Notes: generated from the letters alone by a model not told the origin. 64,000 nt of DNA from Monocercomonoides exilis PA203 (GCA_001643675.2 LSRY02000020.1:620001-684000); one strand, 5' to 3'. Shown: positions 49,955 through 63,477, numbered from the stretch's first letter. Numbers and translations are program-made.

Positions 49955-50456
49955 ATGGAAGCTTTCATCCAGCGCGCAAGCTCGTATGCAATTAATTGAT
50001 GTTAACATACACATGCTAATTGATTTTTTACTACTATTATTTCTATGGTCGTTTGCATCTGCTTTGAATGTTTTGCAATTTGAAAGGGCTCAACCAAGAG
50101 AAGCATTGAACATTTTGCTTGAGGCAGCATTGACTTTAAATATAGCTGAACATGAAGATAGTTGGTGTCCAGTTGCTCTTGATGCACTCATGAAATGCAA
50201 AGATACTGCCTTGGAAATGAACAACATTATCAATCCTCTTCAACTTGTGCAAATGGATGCTTTGATGAGAGTGATTTATTTCGGACTCGAAAAAGCTGAA
50301 AATTGCCAGTTTTTATTAAAATGGCATGCAGCAGTCTATGAAAAAGCTGGAGTTGGAAGTATTGTTAGGTATTTGTGTGATCGTCCATTGAGTAAAACAA
50401 TAGCAGGAGATAATGACGAACTATCTCCTTCACCATCTCCCTCACCATCCCTCTAA
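49955..50456 (+). CDS. ARPC5: Arp2/3 complex subunit 5 (p16-Arc), 2 exons
   Basis: DALMRVIYFGLE..FLLKWHAAVYEKAGVGSIVRYLCDR matches the ARPC5 C-terminus. Intron 49984 (GTATGC) to about 50086 (AAAG). Confidence 0.9.
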
Positions 50457-50876
50457 TCATTTCTTTTCGCTTAACCTTTTATGTATCTTCCAATTTTTTT
50501 TTTAAATCACTTGATCAATGATTTTCTTAAATTAACCTTATTCTATTTTCTAACTGAGGATATACATTACATAAAGAGTCACGTTCATGATATATTTGTT
50601 TATATAAAATAACACGACTTCTCTGTGAATTCATTCTTTTAATAAGAAATAAAAGAAATAATATGCAGAACTTTTTTTTTTTGCGAATTTTGTATTTTAA
50701 AATTTTACATAGCATATGCTTAATGGCCTTCTGTCAAAAGTTCATTTTTTCCTTTTTTTAAAAAGAAAAATATGTAAAAATAAGGGTTTGGGATCAAATA
50801 TTGGTTTGAGTTTTTTGCCTTTTTGTGCGTATTTTTAGGAGATATAATTTCTTCAGTTTTTGTCTCATTAATTTTT

Positions 50877-53800
50877 ATGTCGTTGCTATGCTTACGCTCA
50901 ATTTTCGCGGTTTTTACTTTATTTATGCGAGATCTACTGTTTACATCAGCAGAGGACATTATTGGTTGTGGAGGCTTTGTTAAATTGTCTCCTTACCTGA
51001 CAAACTCTGGTGACAATGCAATAGATTTTGACACTATCAAAGTTTCTTTATTCGATTCACAAGGAATAAAGAAATACGAGATGAAATGTGCTCCAACAGG
51101 TTTCATATCGTCATTTACATGTTTTAAGAAAGGCTCTTTTTATCTTTTCATGTGAATGCTTTTTATCTTTTAGGCTATTTTTTCCTTCCTTGTTCGGAAG
51201 AAGGAATTTTTACCGTAAAGGTAAATGATCAAAATAATCGTTTTTCTTTCACCCCAGCAGAAAGGAATGTAGAAGTAAGAGGGAAACACTGCAACAGAGA
51301 CGAGGATGTACTGTTTACGTTGAGTGGCTTTCGGTTAACAGGTGCAATTGAACCATTAGATAATCAATATGGAGTTCATTCAATTCGAGTGTCAATATTT
51401 TCGGCAGATTCCGAGCAAACTAATCCACTAGCAGTTACAACAACTGAAAGTGAATTTTCATTTGGAAATATTTTGCCAGGACAATATATACTTCGACCAG
51501 AATGTGCAGAATATACGTTTGAGCCAACCGAAAAAGTGGTTGAAGTTTTCGCAAATAATGATAATTCATTTGGCAATTTGTTCAAAATTTCAGCCTTTAA
51601 TATCAAAGGCTCTGTGTTTTGTCCGAACAATTTAAATCAGCTTCAATCTATGCCAAATTTGATCATTCAACTGATTCAAGTTGGATCATATGGGAAAGAA
51701 ACTGTAATAAATGAAACAAGCACCCCGTTTGGCGAAGGCTATACATTCGTTGGAGTGAAGAAAGGAGATTACATCATCAGATTGAAAAACGGAATATTAC
51801 GAAATGATAAGGAAGCGCAATCAAACGAGCAATTTTTGTATCTTGCTGAATATACTGAATTTCCTTTGACAGTTGATGGTCCAGTTAATTTGGATGTTAG
51901 GAGCCACTCAAAATATTATTTCAATATTTTTGGCTATCAAAGAAAAGTTGTCGCTACATCTCCAAATGGAAGCCCACTGAAAGGCACGTCAGTCGCGATC
52001 CATGCAACACCAGCTGCACCCACATCAACCGCATCGGCTGCTGTGAATTTCCTGAAAAAGAGCTTCTTTTCCTCGCAAGCAAGCGAAGATAGCTCAACTT
52101 CTTTTCCATCTGAATGGAAGGATCTTCAAACCTCCGACGATGGTTACGCCACTTTCCGCTGTGTGAGCGAAAACGGCAAATGGTCTCAGCTTCTGGAGAA
52201 GAAAGTTGACTTTGTGAAGGATGGATATTCGTTCCCTCAGCAAGGATTTGCACCCTGTGCCCTGAACAGCTCAGCTCCTGAGCAGGCTTCGACAGTTGTT
52301 GCACGATTTGTGGAGGTTAAAGGGCGAGCGGTTATTTCATCAACCAAGAATCAAAAGAGAGAAATCACAATAACCCAGGTGCGTGAGGCAGATGATGAGC
52401 AAGCCCCATTTGCTCCTCAATCAATCACAACAGACGAAAATGGCAAGTTTTCTGTGTTTCTTCCAAACGGTCGCTTTGAAGTGATTGCACATCTGACTGA
52501 AGAGGAGAAGGCAAAGAGAAAGAGCTTTGCATACGAAAGCCAAGTGATTGAAGTAGAAGGTGCTCCAATTGGATACGACAACGATGAGCTTGTGTTTGAG
52601 CAAGAGAAGTTCAAGATCGTCGGATCTGTCCAGCTTCTGTCGAAAGACGAGACGCTGGAGAAGTCAATCAGAGTGAAGGCAACTCCAATTTCGTCTGGTT
52701 CTTCAGCGGCAGCACCAATGTTCACGTCTGTGAAAAAGGGGAGATTCTCGTTCTTCCTCGAGAGCAGCGGAGATGTGAAAGTCGAAGTGCTGGAGAGCAG
52801 CCAGGAAAGCGGGAACGAGGAACTTCACAGAAGCAATCTCTGCTGGAAGGAAAGCGAAATCATCGCAACAGTTCAGCCGAAGAACGAAGGGAGCAGCGAT
52901 GCAGCTGACTCAAAGAATCCCAAAGAGACCGTGACTGAAATGAAGCCATTCGTGCAGACAGGCTATGAAGTGCGTGTGGTTCCTTCCATTTCTGCCTCGA
53001 CTGTCTCCATTCGCAAAGCCAGAAAGTCTTCAAAGGGATCTCTTCCGCCTGTGCTGGATGAGCGCAGAACAAGCACATCGCCTTTTGCTGAGACGATATC
53101 GTTCTGTGTTCCTGAGCAGTCTGAATATCTGATCAACTCCTCTGTAGCTGCTGTGGTTGCAGAAGGTGTACCGTCAGACTCCTGCGGAAAGTTTGAAGAC
53201 CTTCCCATGTCTATTCGTGTGGACTCACAGTCTTTGCTCAATCCAACTGAATCAACATGGCCTGCAACAATCAAGCTGAACCCGCCAACGTTCAAGTTGT
53301 TCGGTACGATCCGTGCGACGAGAAATGTCAACAAAGAAAATTGGGCTAAAAATGCAAGCAAAGAAGAATTGCGCACATACCCACTGAAAGAATGCCCCAA
53401 TGAGCTGTCATTTGACATTGACTATCGAACTTTCTCGAATGTTATCGCACCCAACGGTTTAGAGCCAAATAACGATGATTTTTCCACTGAGCTGTACTCA
53501 GCGCAACTGAACAAGGAGAAAAGCGGTGAAGAATGTATATATGACTTTGCAATCAACACGAAATATGGTAAAGATGTGGATCAAGTGATAACAATCCGCC
53601 ACAACCGATCGATGTTCGATGATGTGATGCAAGGATACACCAACACACGCGAAGCAGAAGCAGTGCCGTACTTCTTATTCCGCCGCACGTTTGCCGATAT
53701 TCGTGTGAGGAGGCCTCCGGGGCTCCAGTTTGATGTGAAGAAGCACCTCACCCGAGACACCCCGCTGACATGCAACAAGATCCCGATTGTGGAAGCCGAG

Positions 53801-55699
53801 CTGTCTTCAGCCATCTGCGGGCAGATCGACCCGCCTTTGGAAGGAGCGACTGTGCGTTTCTACAATGCGACTAATGGAAGCTCGCTGTATGTCGAGACAG
53901 AAGAGTCTGGGCGGTTTTGCTTCGGCCCGTTCTTTGAGAAGGATCTTATCAATCTCAACGCTGCTCAGTTTCTGAGTGCCAGCAAGAAGGGGTATGACAT
54001 CAGACTTGTGCCGGCAGAGAATGTGAGCCACGGAATTGTGAAGTTTGAGGCGAGGAAGCTGACCGAATTGTCAATTCGTGCTATTGACGAAGTAGCATAC
54101 AACAAGTCAAAGGAAGCAGCAGCAATTCTGGAAGAGACCTCAAAACGAGAAAGGAAAGGAATCAAGCTGCCGCATACAAAGAAAGGCAAACAAAGCAAAA
54201 TCGAAGAGTCGCTTGCTGTTCCTTCGCTGCTCGTGTCTGTGTCGTCGTCGAGTGGCTTCCGAGCGAACAAGCTGACAGATGAAAACGGGACAATCACTCT
54301 GTTTGACCTTCCATCTGGGGACATGTTTGTGCAGGCCATTTCGAACGAGTATGTGTGCAACCCACCGTCAACCATGGTGCATCTGTCGACTGATGACACA
54401 GCAGGCAATGAAATCGTGCTGATGTGCAAGAAGACCAAGTTTGCAGCACACGGCAGTGTTATCATGGCATCTTCACTGGCTGATGTTGCACAGGGAAAAG
54501 GAAGCGCTGATAAGAGCGAAGATATTTCCAGCGGGCACACTTTGTCTGCTGCGGAGAGGAGGCGCAGAGGAGTGCGTATTTCAGCAGATGCGAAGAAGAA
54601 CGAGAAAGAAGAGGAAAAACCACAACTGAACATGAAGGAGCTCATCATCACCGTTTCGCAGCGCCTTCCTGATGGCCGCTTGGGATCAACAGTGAGTGTG
54701 CAGCATCTGAATGAAGACGGAACGTTCACTATTTCTGGTCTGCCTGCTTCCACAAAGTTTGTGCTGACTCCATCTTTGCAGTCATCGACAACAGCACAGT
54801 CGGCCTATGTGTTCATTCCAGCTTCAATGACAATCGAAATGCCTGCTTATGGAGACTACAACAGTGCTGTGAAGACACACAAGGACATTTTCAGTGGCGA
54901 AGACGAGATCCAACTTGCCGAGGAGGAAGAAAATGAAGAAGACAAAGAGTTCTATGATGCCCAGGAGAAGGAAGAGGAATTCAAGCTCATTTCATTCGTG
55001 TGTCTTCCATCTGTGGACTCGGGCTCTGTGAGTGGCGCACTGACTATCTCAGCCTTCGCACGGAACGACGAAGAAGAAGAATCGATGTACAATTTGATGA
55101 GGCAGCACAACATCATTGTGGAGCTTTCACCAGACAAAGAAGCGACCTCTAAGAAAGCAGTGCAGATCAAAGCGCAGAAGTTCATGCTCCCTGTGCATCC
55201 GACTCCGCCGCCATTCTTCTTCACTGGGCTTCCTCTCACGTCGTATCATCTCACCATCAGCTGCCCCAACACGAACGGTCTGTCCTGCATATCCTCCCCC
55301 GTGGCTGTGAACCTCACTTCCCCTGCGCCTTCTGCCCAGTCCCTGTCTCTGCGCATCATGCTCAAGCGGGCACACAACAGCGACGAGTCAGACAACGCTG
55401 CATACACAGTGCAGGATGAGCTCGAGTTCGACGATGCACCCAATGACTTTGAATCAGACGATGCTTCTTCAGCTGGTCTGCTGAAAAGATTGGTGTTCTT
55501 GTTGGTAGGAAAAGACGCTTCTTTGGATGGATTGGCTTGGCTCATTGGGTTAATTCTGATTCCTTCCTTTGGAGTTCCTCTTGTTTTCGCAATTATTGGA
55601 TCAAATGTTGGTCAAACCTTCACTAATCTTGCCAAGCCTATTCGAAGACTTTTCAAATTAGATGATTCTGCCACAAGATTTAGAAAAAAGCGATTTTAA
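50877..55699 (+). CDS. NOMO1: Nodal modulator (NOMO)-like ER membrane protein, 2 exons
   Basis: Signal peptide, then DIIGCGGFVK..IDF..IKVSL....GIKKY...CAP|GYFFLP..CN.DEDVLF..SGF. Repeated beta-sandwich domains, a C-terminal TM segment and a KKRF* dilysine motif. Confidence 0.9.
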
Positions 55700-55872
55700 A
55701 AATTTAAGTACTTTTAGTAACTCATAACACTCATTTCTCTTTTCACAACAATAATAAAATCATAACTTCAATTTAAATCTGTTTATAATTTTTTTTTTTA
55801 ACAAATAATTTTCATTTTGTCAAACCATAATAGTTGTTATCAAGAAAGATCAACAACATCAACAAAACTCGG

Positions 55873-58800
55873 ATGGATCTTTACGGTTATGATCCGTTCA
55901 GCGATGAAGTGAGTGGTTTGAACATAAGACTTATATTTTCTTCAGGAAATTAATTGTTTTTATTTCGATTCATCCTCCTTTTATTTGTTGGACTTAGTTC
56001 CACCTGCCGAACAACTCCTAACTAATTTAAAAAGCTTTACATGTGAATATCAAAATGCAATCTCTGAAATGCATGACAGAATGTATAGCAGCGCTTGCGA
56101 CGATTGGACACTTGAGACTGCTCCATTTACAATCGACTATCAACCATTCGAACAAATCTCAACATTGAAAATGCTTACGGATACAGATAACCTTGTATTC
56201 GAAAAAGTGATGAAAGTATTTGTTGACCTCGTATTTGAAGTGGATGACCTTGAGCGAATTGTTTGTTTCTAATTTTATTTGTGAAATTGAAATATATTTT
56301 AATTTTCAATTCATCAATCAAAACAACTTGTATGCAAATGTTCATTTAGGCAAAACGTAAGGTGTATCCAACCTTAATGACATATGGACATCAGCATCCA
56401 AAAGATGAAGTTCAGGGATCTTCACTAACACGTCAACTTGCAAACGAAGCTGAAGTCGCTATTCATTTCTCCAAATTTCTTCCTTCACTTCAAGAAATCT
56501 ACTTCTTTACAAGACGAATGAACAATGTGGGGTGCAACCTTGTTCGGCAATTGGCATGCGTGTTCAATGACAAATCGAAATTGTACACCGGGTCGTTCAA
56601 AAACGTTAGGATGGCCACAGCTTGGGATGCTTTGAAAAAGCTTCTTGTAATTATGATTACCATGGATGCAATCATTGAGAACAATCGCCCACTGAATGAA
56701 GCACTTCAAATATTTAAGAAAGTTCTAAAGAGCGTTTCAATGACGCCAGTTCGGTTTTCATTCACCGAAGATGAGATAAAACCGTTTGGTATGATGATGC
56801 AGCTTATGGAAGGAGCTGTTCTTGAAGGCAACATCTATCAAGGGTTCATCAGCCAGGCGTTCCACATCCAAGGAAAAGCACCAGTGATCTTGAACAATGC
56901 ATTCTTAAATGCATTTCTGTCGATGGTGCGAGAGTCTGTCGAAGGGATTCTCAGTGCTCTTGCTGCTGCTGACAAAAAGGATTGGTATTCCACCCTGTTC
57001 TGCAACTCATGCTATCTGACCGACCTGGAGCAGATGATAGTTGGCGGAATTGGTCTGTTTGTGATGTTTCCTCAGATCTTCCAGCAGCCGTTTCCAGACA
57101 AGTCGTGTTTCCGCGACTTGTGGGACATCACAAAAAGAGTGCCTGTCGTACTGCTGTCGAGCTGTAGCGGGGCCATTCCGTTTTATCCAGCATTGTTTAT
57201 CGTGTCCAAATACCCGAAAGTTGTGGTGACATTTTTGGCAGGCGACAAAGTACGCGCGAGTGATGTGGAGACCGATTCGACGACAATGCTGCGTGAGATG
57301 GACGCCACACTCTCTAATCGTGTGCTTGTTGCTGCATTGAAAGCGAATGTTTGGGCGATTGGGATGGAGAGCTCTCTGGCAGATGCTGCACGTGCGGCCT
57401 CACAGATTCTTAAAGAAACAGCCAAAAAGGTATCAACAGAGAAAGTCGGGCTGAGCGGAGGCGGTGACGATGAAGACGACGAGTTCTTTGAAGCGAGAGA
57501 TGAGGAGATTGCAAAGAGAACTGGTGGGAGCAGCTCCTGGAGTGGCTCTGCTGGTTCGAAGGAAGGATCCTCGGGGACACAGGTGGTGACTGTGGCATCA
57601 GAAGTGATAAACGACAGGACGTTGGGATTTCGGTCACAGCTGATTCAGACAGGAATGCGCTTGGCTTCTTCTCTGCAGCACCTTATTTACACATACGTCT
57701 CGCTGTATGTGGCGCTGGGTGATGTGTTTCCGGCGGGCAACCTGCGGATTATTCTGTTTGCAGTAGCGACGCTGAAGAAGATTGCGTATGTATTCTATTC
57801 GCGTTCAGTGGCTGTGGGCAGTGTGGCGACCGCGATGATTGAGAAAGTGCGAATGGAGCTGATTGACCGCATCAATCTGATAGCCGAGCGGAGCGGACTG
57901 TCGCTGGCTGCGCATCTGTCCCCCGCCCAGCTCGACCAGCTGGCTGCAGTGAAGATCTTTGCGAAGCTGCTGTCTGGTGCGTTGACGCCACAACGTATCA
58001 GAGCAGCAGAAGTGGTGCTGGATACACTCAGACAGAAGAACGTGATGGTGGTGAAGGAGCTGAACTACTTCCAGTCGGTGTTCTCCACACTGAGAGTGAT
58101 GGTGTCGCTGCCGAAGCATCTGAACGCTGCGACGGATTGCTCGTTCCTTTATTGGTATGCTTTTGTTTTTATTTATTGCTATGAAAAGTTATAATAAAAT
58201 ATATGTATATTTGTTAATATGATTTATTCTTCTAATGAAAAAATATATTTGAAATCTTGTTAATATAATTTAGGTGCAAGCCAATTTATCCTCAATTCTT
58301 TGAGATGTATTTCACCGATGCCGCTCTTTCCTCCACATTCTCCCTGTTCTGTGTTGCATTACACGACCCACTCCGCTTTGTGCAGACAAACGAGGAAGTC
58401 TCAAAGGACTTTGTGGAAGACGTGCAGAAGTGTATGCAGGATGCCCTCATCGACCCACTCGGCCGAGCGATTGAGACGCGGCTGCGGCTGGATGTGCAGC
58501 AGACGATGGTCATCTTCCTCTCCGAAAGCGCAAAACATCACTCGTCCCGCTCCGACTCACCGTCCCGCTCCTCTGCAGGCTCTGCCTCTTCCTCCGCTGC
58601 TGCCTCGGCTGCTGCGAGTGCGCAGGCTGCAGCCTCTGACCACATCTACATCACTCTGTGCTCTCTCCCACCTGTTCGGCTGTTTGGCGAGCAGTTCTCG
58701 CTCAAGTCGCGTGTGGAGCTATATCTGTCAACCACGTTCTACAACCTGACAACGATCCATCTGTCTGACTGGAGAACATACAGCGAGATGACATCACTGG

Positions 58801-59942
58801 CAAGACAGAAGTACAGTCTGATTCTGGATGACCCACATCTGCCCACACAGACACTGGAACAAGGGCTGGATATGCTGGAAGTGGCAAGAAACCTGCATGT
58901 GTTTGTGTCCAGATACACATATTCGATGAACTCACAGCTGTTTGTGGAGATTCCCGGAGACAACAAGACAATCAACTCGATGTCTGTCAGACACTTTGCA
59001 AATTCTATTCGGACGCACGGCACGGGTATAATGAACACAACAGTCAACTTGGCGTACCATCTGCTGACGAAGAACATCATGCTCTTCTGCCAGTTCCTGC
59101 AGGACGAGCACATCAAGTCCTTCCTCGCGAAGGACTTCCGTTTCTGGAAGAAGAACAAAGAGCAGCTGAACGGACAGTACCCATGGGACATGGCACAGCG
59201 GTTGATCATGGATGTGCGTCGGCTGGGTACGAGTGACGATGGCGTTTCTTTTATGGACAAGTTCCGCAGATTAATCACAGAGCTTGGAAACATTCTCGGG
59301 TTTGTGCGTATGATTCGTAGTGGGTCGCAGCGGTACTGCAGCGAGGCAATCAAGTTTGTGCCTGACCTGGGCGAGATCATCAGCTTCAAGGAGACTGTTG
59401 AGCAGGACAAGCTGTCCCCAGCCACGGCAGGCTGTGCGGAGTCGTTTGACAACACACTGGACAACCTGCTGCACAACTTTGCAGAAGGGACAGACTTCTT
59501 CCAGCTGCTGCTGTCTGCTTTCAGAGACAAGCTGAAGGACGATGGCGTGAACACGATGTATCTGAGAGGGTTCCCGTTCATCATCCCTGCACTGACTGTT
59601 ACGTTCATCGATGCGATGATCTCGCAGAAAGACTCGCTGGCGAAGAAGCGGCGGGGCGGGGCGTTCAACGACGACGGCTTTGCGATGGGCATCACGTTCC
59701 TTCTGTCGCTTCTGAACCAGCACAACGCATTCGGCTCACTTCACTGGTTTAACTCGGTGTTTGCGCACATTGCGGCTCAGAGGAAGGACACGGAGGAGAA
59801 AATGGCGCGGATGAACAGGAGGGGCGCCAGCGAAGACGCACAGACGCTGCAGATTACACTGAAGAAATGGGAGACTTACCAGCTTGAGTTTGAGTTGCTG
59901 TCATTCACATTCGCAGGAGCGAGGGTGCTTTTCAAGGAGTAA
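55873..59942 (+). CDS. WASHC4: WASH complex subunit 4 (SWIP/KIAA1033), 4 exons
   Basis: IETRLRL, VELYLSTTFYNLTT..LSDWRTYSEM, LPTQTLEQGLDMLE..RNLHVFVSRY.Y, HFANSIRTHGTGIMNTTVN, F.DDGFAMG and F.SLHWF. Confidence 0.95.
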
Positions 59943-60271
59943 AATATTGGCTATACAGTGTTTTCTTTTTTAATATAATCTGTTTTTTAGAGTATTTCTA
60001 TTTCTTGTTTAAAAATATGTGGAAAAACGAAAAACTTCCTGTGTGTTACTCTCTTTCTCTCACTTCTACATTCAATTTATCTTCAAATTGGGATTCTCAA
60101 TTTATCTGTATTTTCTTTTTTTGTTACAACTCCACACCCTAGATTATTACACGTCACAAGAGTGAATAATTGAAGTCTCCATTTCATTGCACAATATTAT
60201 TTATTGAGATTGATTTCACATTTTGCATCTTATTCAATTATAATTTTTTTGATCATTAACCCAATCCAAAA

Positions 60272-63228
60272 ATGTCCATTGAAAAAAAAGAAATTCCAAT
60301 AGCTTTTTCGTCATGGACAACTCAAAACAGAAGCTCGCTCAGATTTTCTAAATTTCTTAGTGAAACAGAAAATTTAAATATCAATGATAAACGCGATAAT
60401 AAAGCTTATGAGCTCAGAAATACTCAAAGAACATCATATTTATCAAAAAGGCGCACTATGGATGATAAAAGCATTACAAAAGAAGAGGAAATAACACAAT
60501 TGCTGAAAAAGGAAATTGAAGAATTTCGTTCTGGAGATATTTCTCTTCAATCAAAAGCGTTAGCCTCAATAAGAAGTAAGTTTTCAACACGTTTGAAAGA
60601 TTATACAAAAATATCGTTGACTTTTTATTTAAATTTTTTATCAGAAACCTCTGTGCCTTGCGAATATTTGATGAAATACAATTTTCTTTCAGATCTTGTC
60701 GGAATATTGATGAATTTCTCCATTCCAACAAATCAGGTTTAAAATAACAAACTCGAAATTTTCATAATATTCATAAAAATTTTTTATTGAACAGCTAAAC
60801 GCACTTTGGCTCTTGACAAATATGTGTTTGCACATTTTCTTAAAGTATTGTTTATCATAATTCATCAATAATTCAGCTTATTATTCTGAAAAAGTCTCAG
60901 CATCTCTGGTACAACTCAACATTATGGCGCAAATACTTCAAATAGTTACAATTCAGCAAGATCTTCAGATTAAAACTCAAGCATGGTGGCTGGCATCCAA
61001 TATTCTTCATGACCAAATTTTAAACGTAAGCACTCTTTTCACCAATGATCTTTTAAAAGCAGCAATATCAGATCTTTCAGCAGCATTTGGTATAGTAAAC
61101 AAGATTTGTTCCGGTACCAGCGCGTCATCAACCTCAACACATCCAACAATGTGCGTGAAAGTGTGCTCATCATTCTCACATTCTGACGGAGCAAGTTCCT
61201 CAGTTGTCAGAAAGGCAACAAACGAAGAAGCCTTCTTAGAGATTTTACTGTTCTTATTTAAGAGACTGTGCTCGAATCAAACAGTTATTCAGCAGATTAG
61301 TGCATTTACCCCACAACTGTGTGATATTGTTGTTTGTGAAAAAATTGACAAAGTCCCTCGCCGTGATGCTGTGTATATTTTAAGCACGATCATCAATTCA
61401 AAGCCACAAGAAGCGGAGGTATTTTTGTTTAATATCAAAGCATCTAGTTTTCTTTCATTCATTAAACTGTTGTTAATTTCTTTTTGCTTTATTTTTTATG
61501 ATTGAATTTTTTCCATTTTTTTAAAACTCGAATAGACTTATATGGCGAAACAGTGTTTGCTTCCCACGTTTCAGCTCTCTGCCGATGATGGTTTCTGTCA
61601 GGATTCATTAGAAATTTTACAGATAGTCAGTGCAATTACTATGCTTCCCGAAACATATAACAAGGATGTTTGTTTCATTGTATTAGAATCTATTTCAGTT
61701 TATTAATTCTTTAAATATTTTTATTTCACTGATTTATCTTTAAAAATTACAGTTACTTTTCACTCGCAGCTTTTTAACTTTTCTGGAGGTATCGTTGCTG
61801 TCTGGTGATAACAAAGTCAAAGATGAAGCAAGCTTTGTCTTTTCTAACTTGGCAGCAGAAAGCCAAGAGCAGGCCGAAGTCATGTGCAGACACAGTGTTC
61901 TTCGTGTTGCTATTGTAATTTTTACATCATCCGCAACAACAACGAAAACAAGTTCCAGCCTTCTTCTTGGCTTTTCTAATCTTACGCTAATGTCGTCAAT
62001 AACGCGACGGCTGCTAATTGAGGAGTGCTGCCACATTGCAATCACAATGCGCCTGAGCAGCTGGATGTTTGCAATTGCACATGCGGAAAAAGAGGGTCCC
62101 GCTGAAGGATGGGAATGGATGGTTGAGAAAAGCCTTTCAGTGCTGAAGAGGTTGCTGGATGAAGCTCAGCTGATTTCTTGTGAGTGGACTGAGAAAAATA
62201 GAGAAGATGGAAAGGAAGTACAAATGGAGGATGAAGAAAACGATATGGAAGAAGAAGAAGCAGTTGAATGTCCGAGTTATTCTCAATTTCTTGCTGATTG
62301 TGTGCCAGTTGGAGCGGGATCAAAGAGTATGAGTGATGCTTGTTTATCTAGAACAATGCTAATGTCTGCTTCTTCAACAACTGCTAACGCTTCTTGCAAA
62401 TCATCCTCAACCACTTCTTTGCAGCGACCACTTTGGAATCGAGATAAAACAAAAAAGACAGCTGAGCTTGTTGATAATATTGTGATTATTGAGTTGACCT
62501 TGGCTGAGCAAGTTGTCTGGGTTGCGGAGTGTTCAGCTAATTGCACTGGAAAGATGCAAAAAATGGCGCAATTTATTTTTGACCGTTATTTGTGTGTAAG
62601 TCCTTGGGTTAGGTGCGATTCATCATCAGAAAATGAAACTTGCGAACTGCATTCAGTAAGAGATGGCCACAATGCTTCATCGCAAGAGTTAAATGACAAA
62701 GCAAAGGAAAATGAAGTTGCGATGGATGAAGACAAAGAAAAAGTGGATGAAGGTGATTGCATTGCAGAGGCATCTGTATTATCATTTGTTCAATTTAGCT
62801 CAAAGCGAATCACTGATTTTTATAACATGCTTGTTTTAGTCGATGCGATAAACAGAATAAGCAACGATGAAGAACGAGAGCGTCTAATTTTAAAGCAAAA
62901 GAAAAGATTAAACTTAGCAAATGAAGATTGTCTTATCAAAGGAAAGAGAAAAGAAAAGGAATATTTTGGCACAATTCAGTCAAAAGATTATTTGATTAAT
63001 GAGGAAGATCCAGATGAAGCGAATGAAGACAAAAGAGAAGGAATGCAGCTGGAAAAAGATGATGGAACTTATGAGGAAGTGGGAAGTGAAGTGTTGGTGC
63101 ATGATGATGAATCAGAGGATGATTCGAACGATCAATGCGATTCTGAGAACTCAAATTTTGATGCTGATGATAACTTCCATGCTGACTCAAGTTGCTTTAA
63201 TCAAGGCATGTTATTCACAAATGTGTGA
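60272..63228 (+). CDS. Divergent importin-alpha-like ARM repeat protein with acidic C-terminus, about 6 exons
   Basis: IBB-like RDNKAYELRNTQRTSYLSKRR. ARM H3 motifs LNALWLLTNM, QAWWLASNI, RDAVYILSTI and KDEASFVFSNLAA. Confidence 0.65.
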
Positions 63229-63477
63229 ATTTAGTTGAAATAAAAGCTAAGTTCAAGAAATAACAATACAATACAATTTGATCATTGACAGAAAATTGTG
63301 AGCTGAATATTTCACAGATTGTAGATATGACGCTGATTTAGCACTTATTCATTTGACAATAAGGTTTTTTTTTCAAGATTCTAACCCACATGCTTTCGAA
63401 TAACTCTGCCATTAAAACACAAGAAATTTTTAGCAATGGTAATTTGAAGAACAAATGAAAAAAGAAAAACGATTGAT

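Noticed and set aside
30465-59725. Long antisense or alternate-frame ORFs (e.g. 30465..31586, 32205..32918, 35576..36265, 53965..54753, 58739..59725)
   Set aside because: They are shadows of GC-rich or repetitive sense-strand coding exons and carry no recognisable motifs.
49955-59942. Functional cluster of ARPC5 and WASHC4 (and other trafficking genes)
   Set aside because: They are interleaved with unrelated housekeeping genes. Chance adjacency is likely without synteny evidence.
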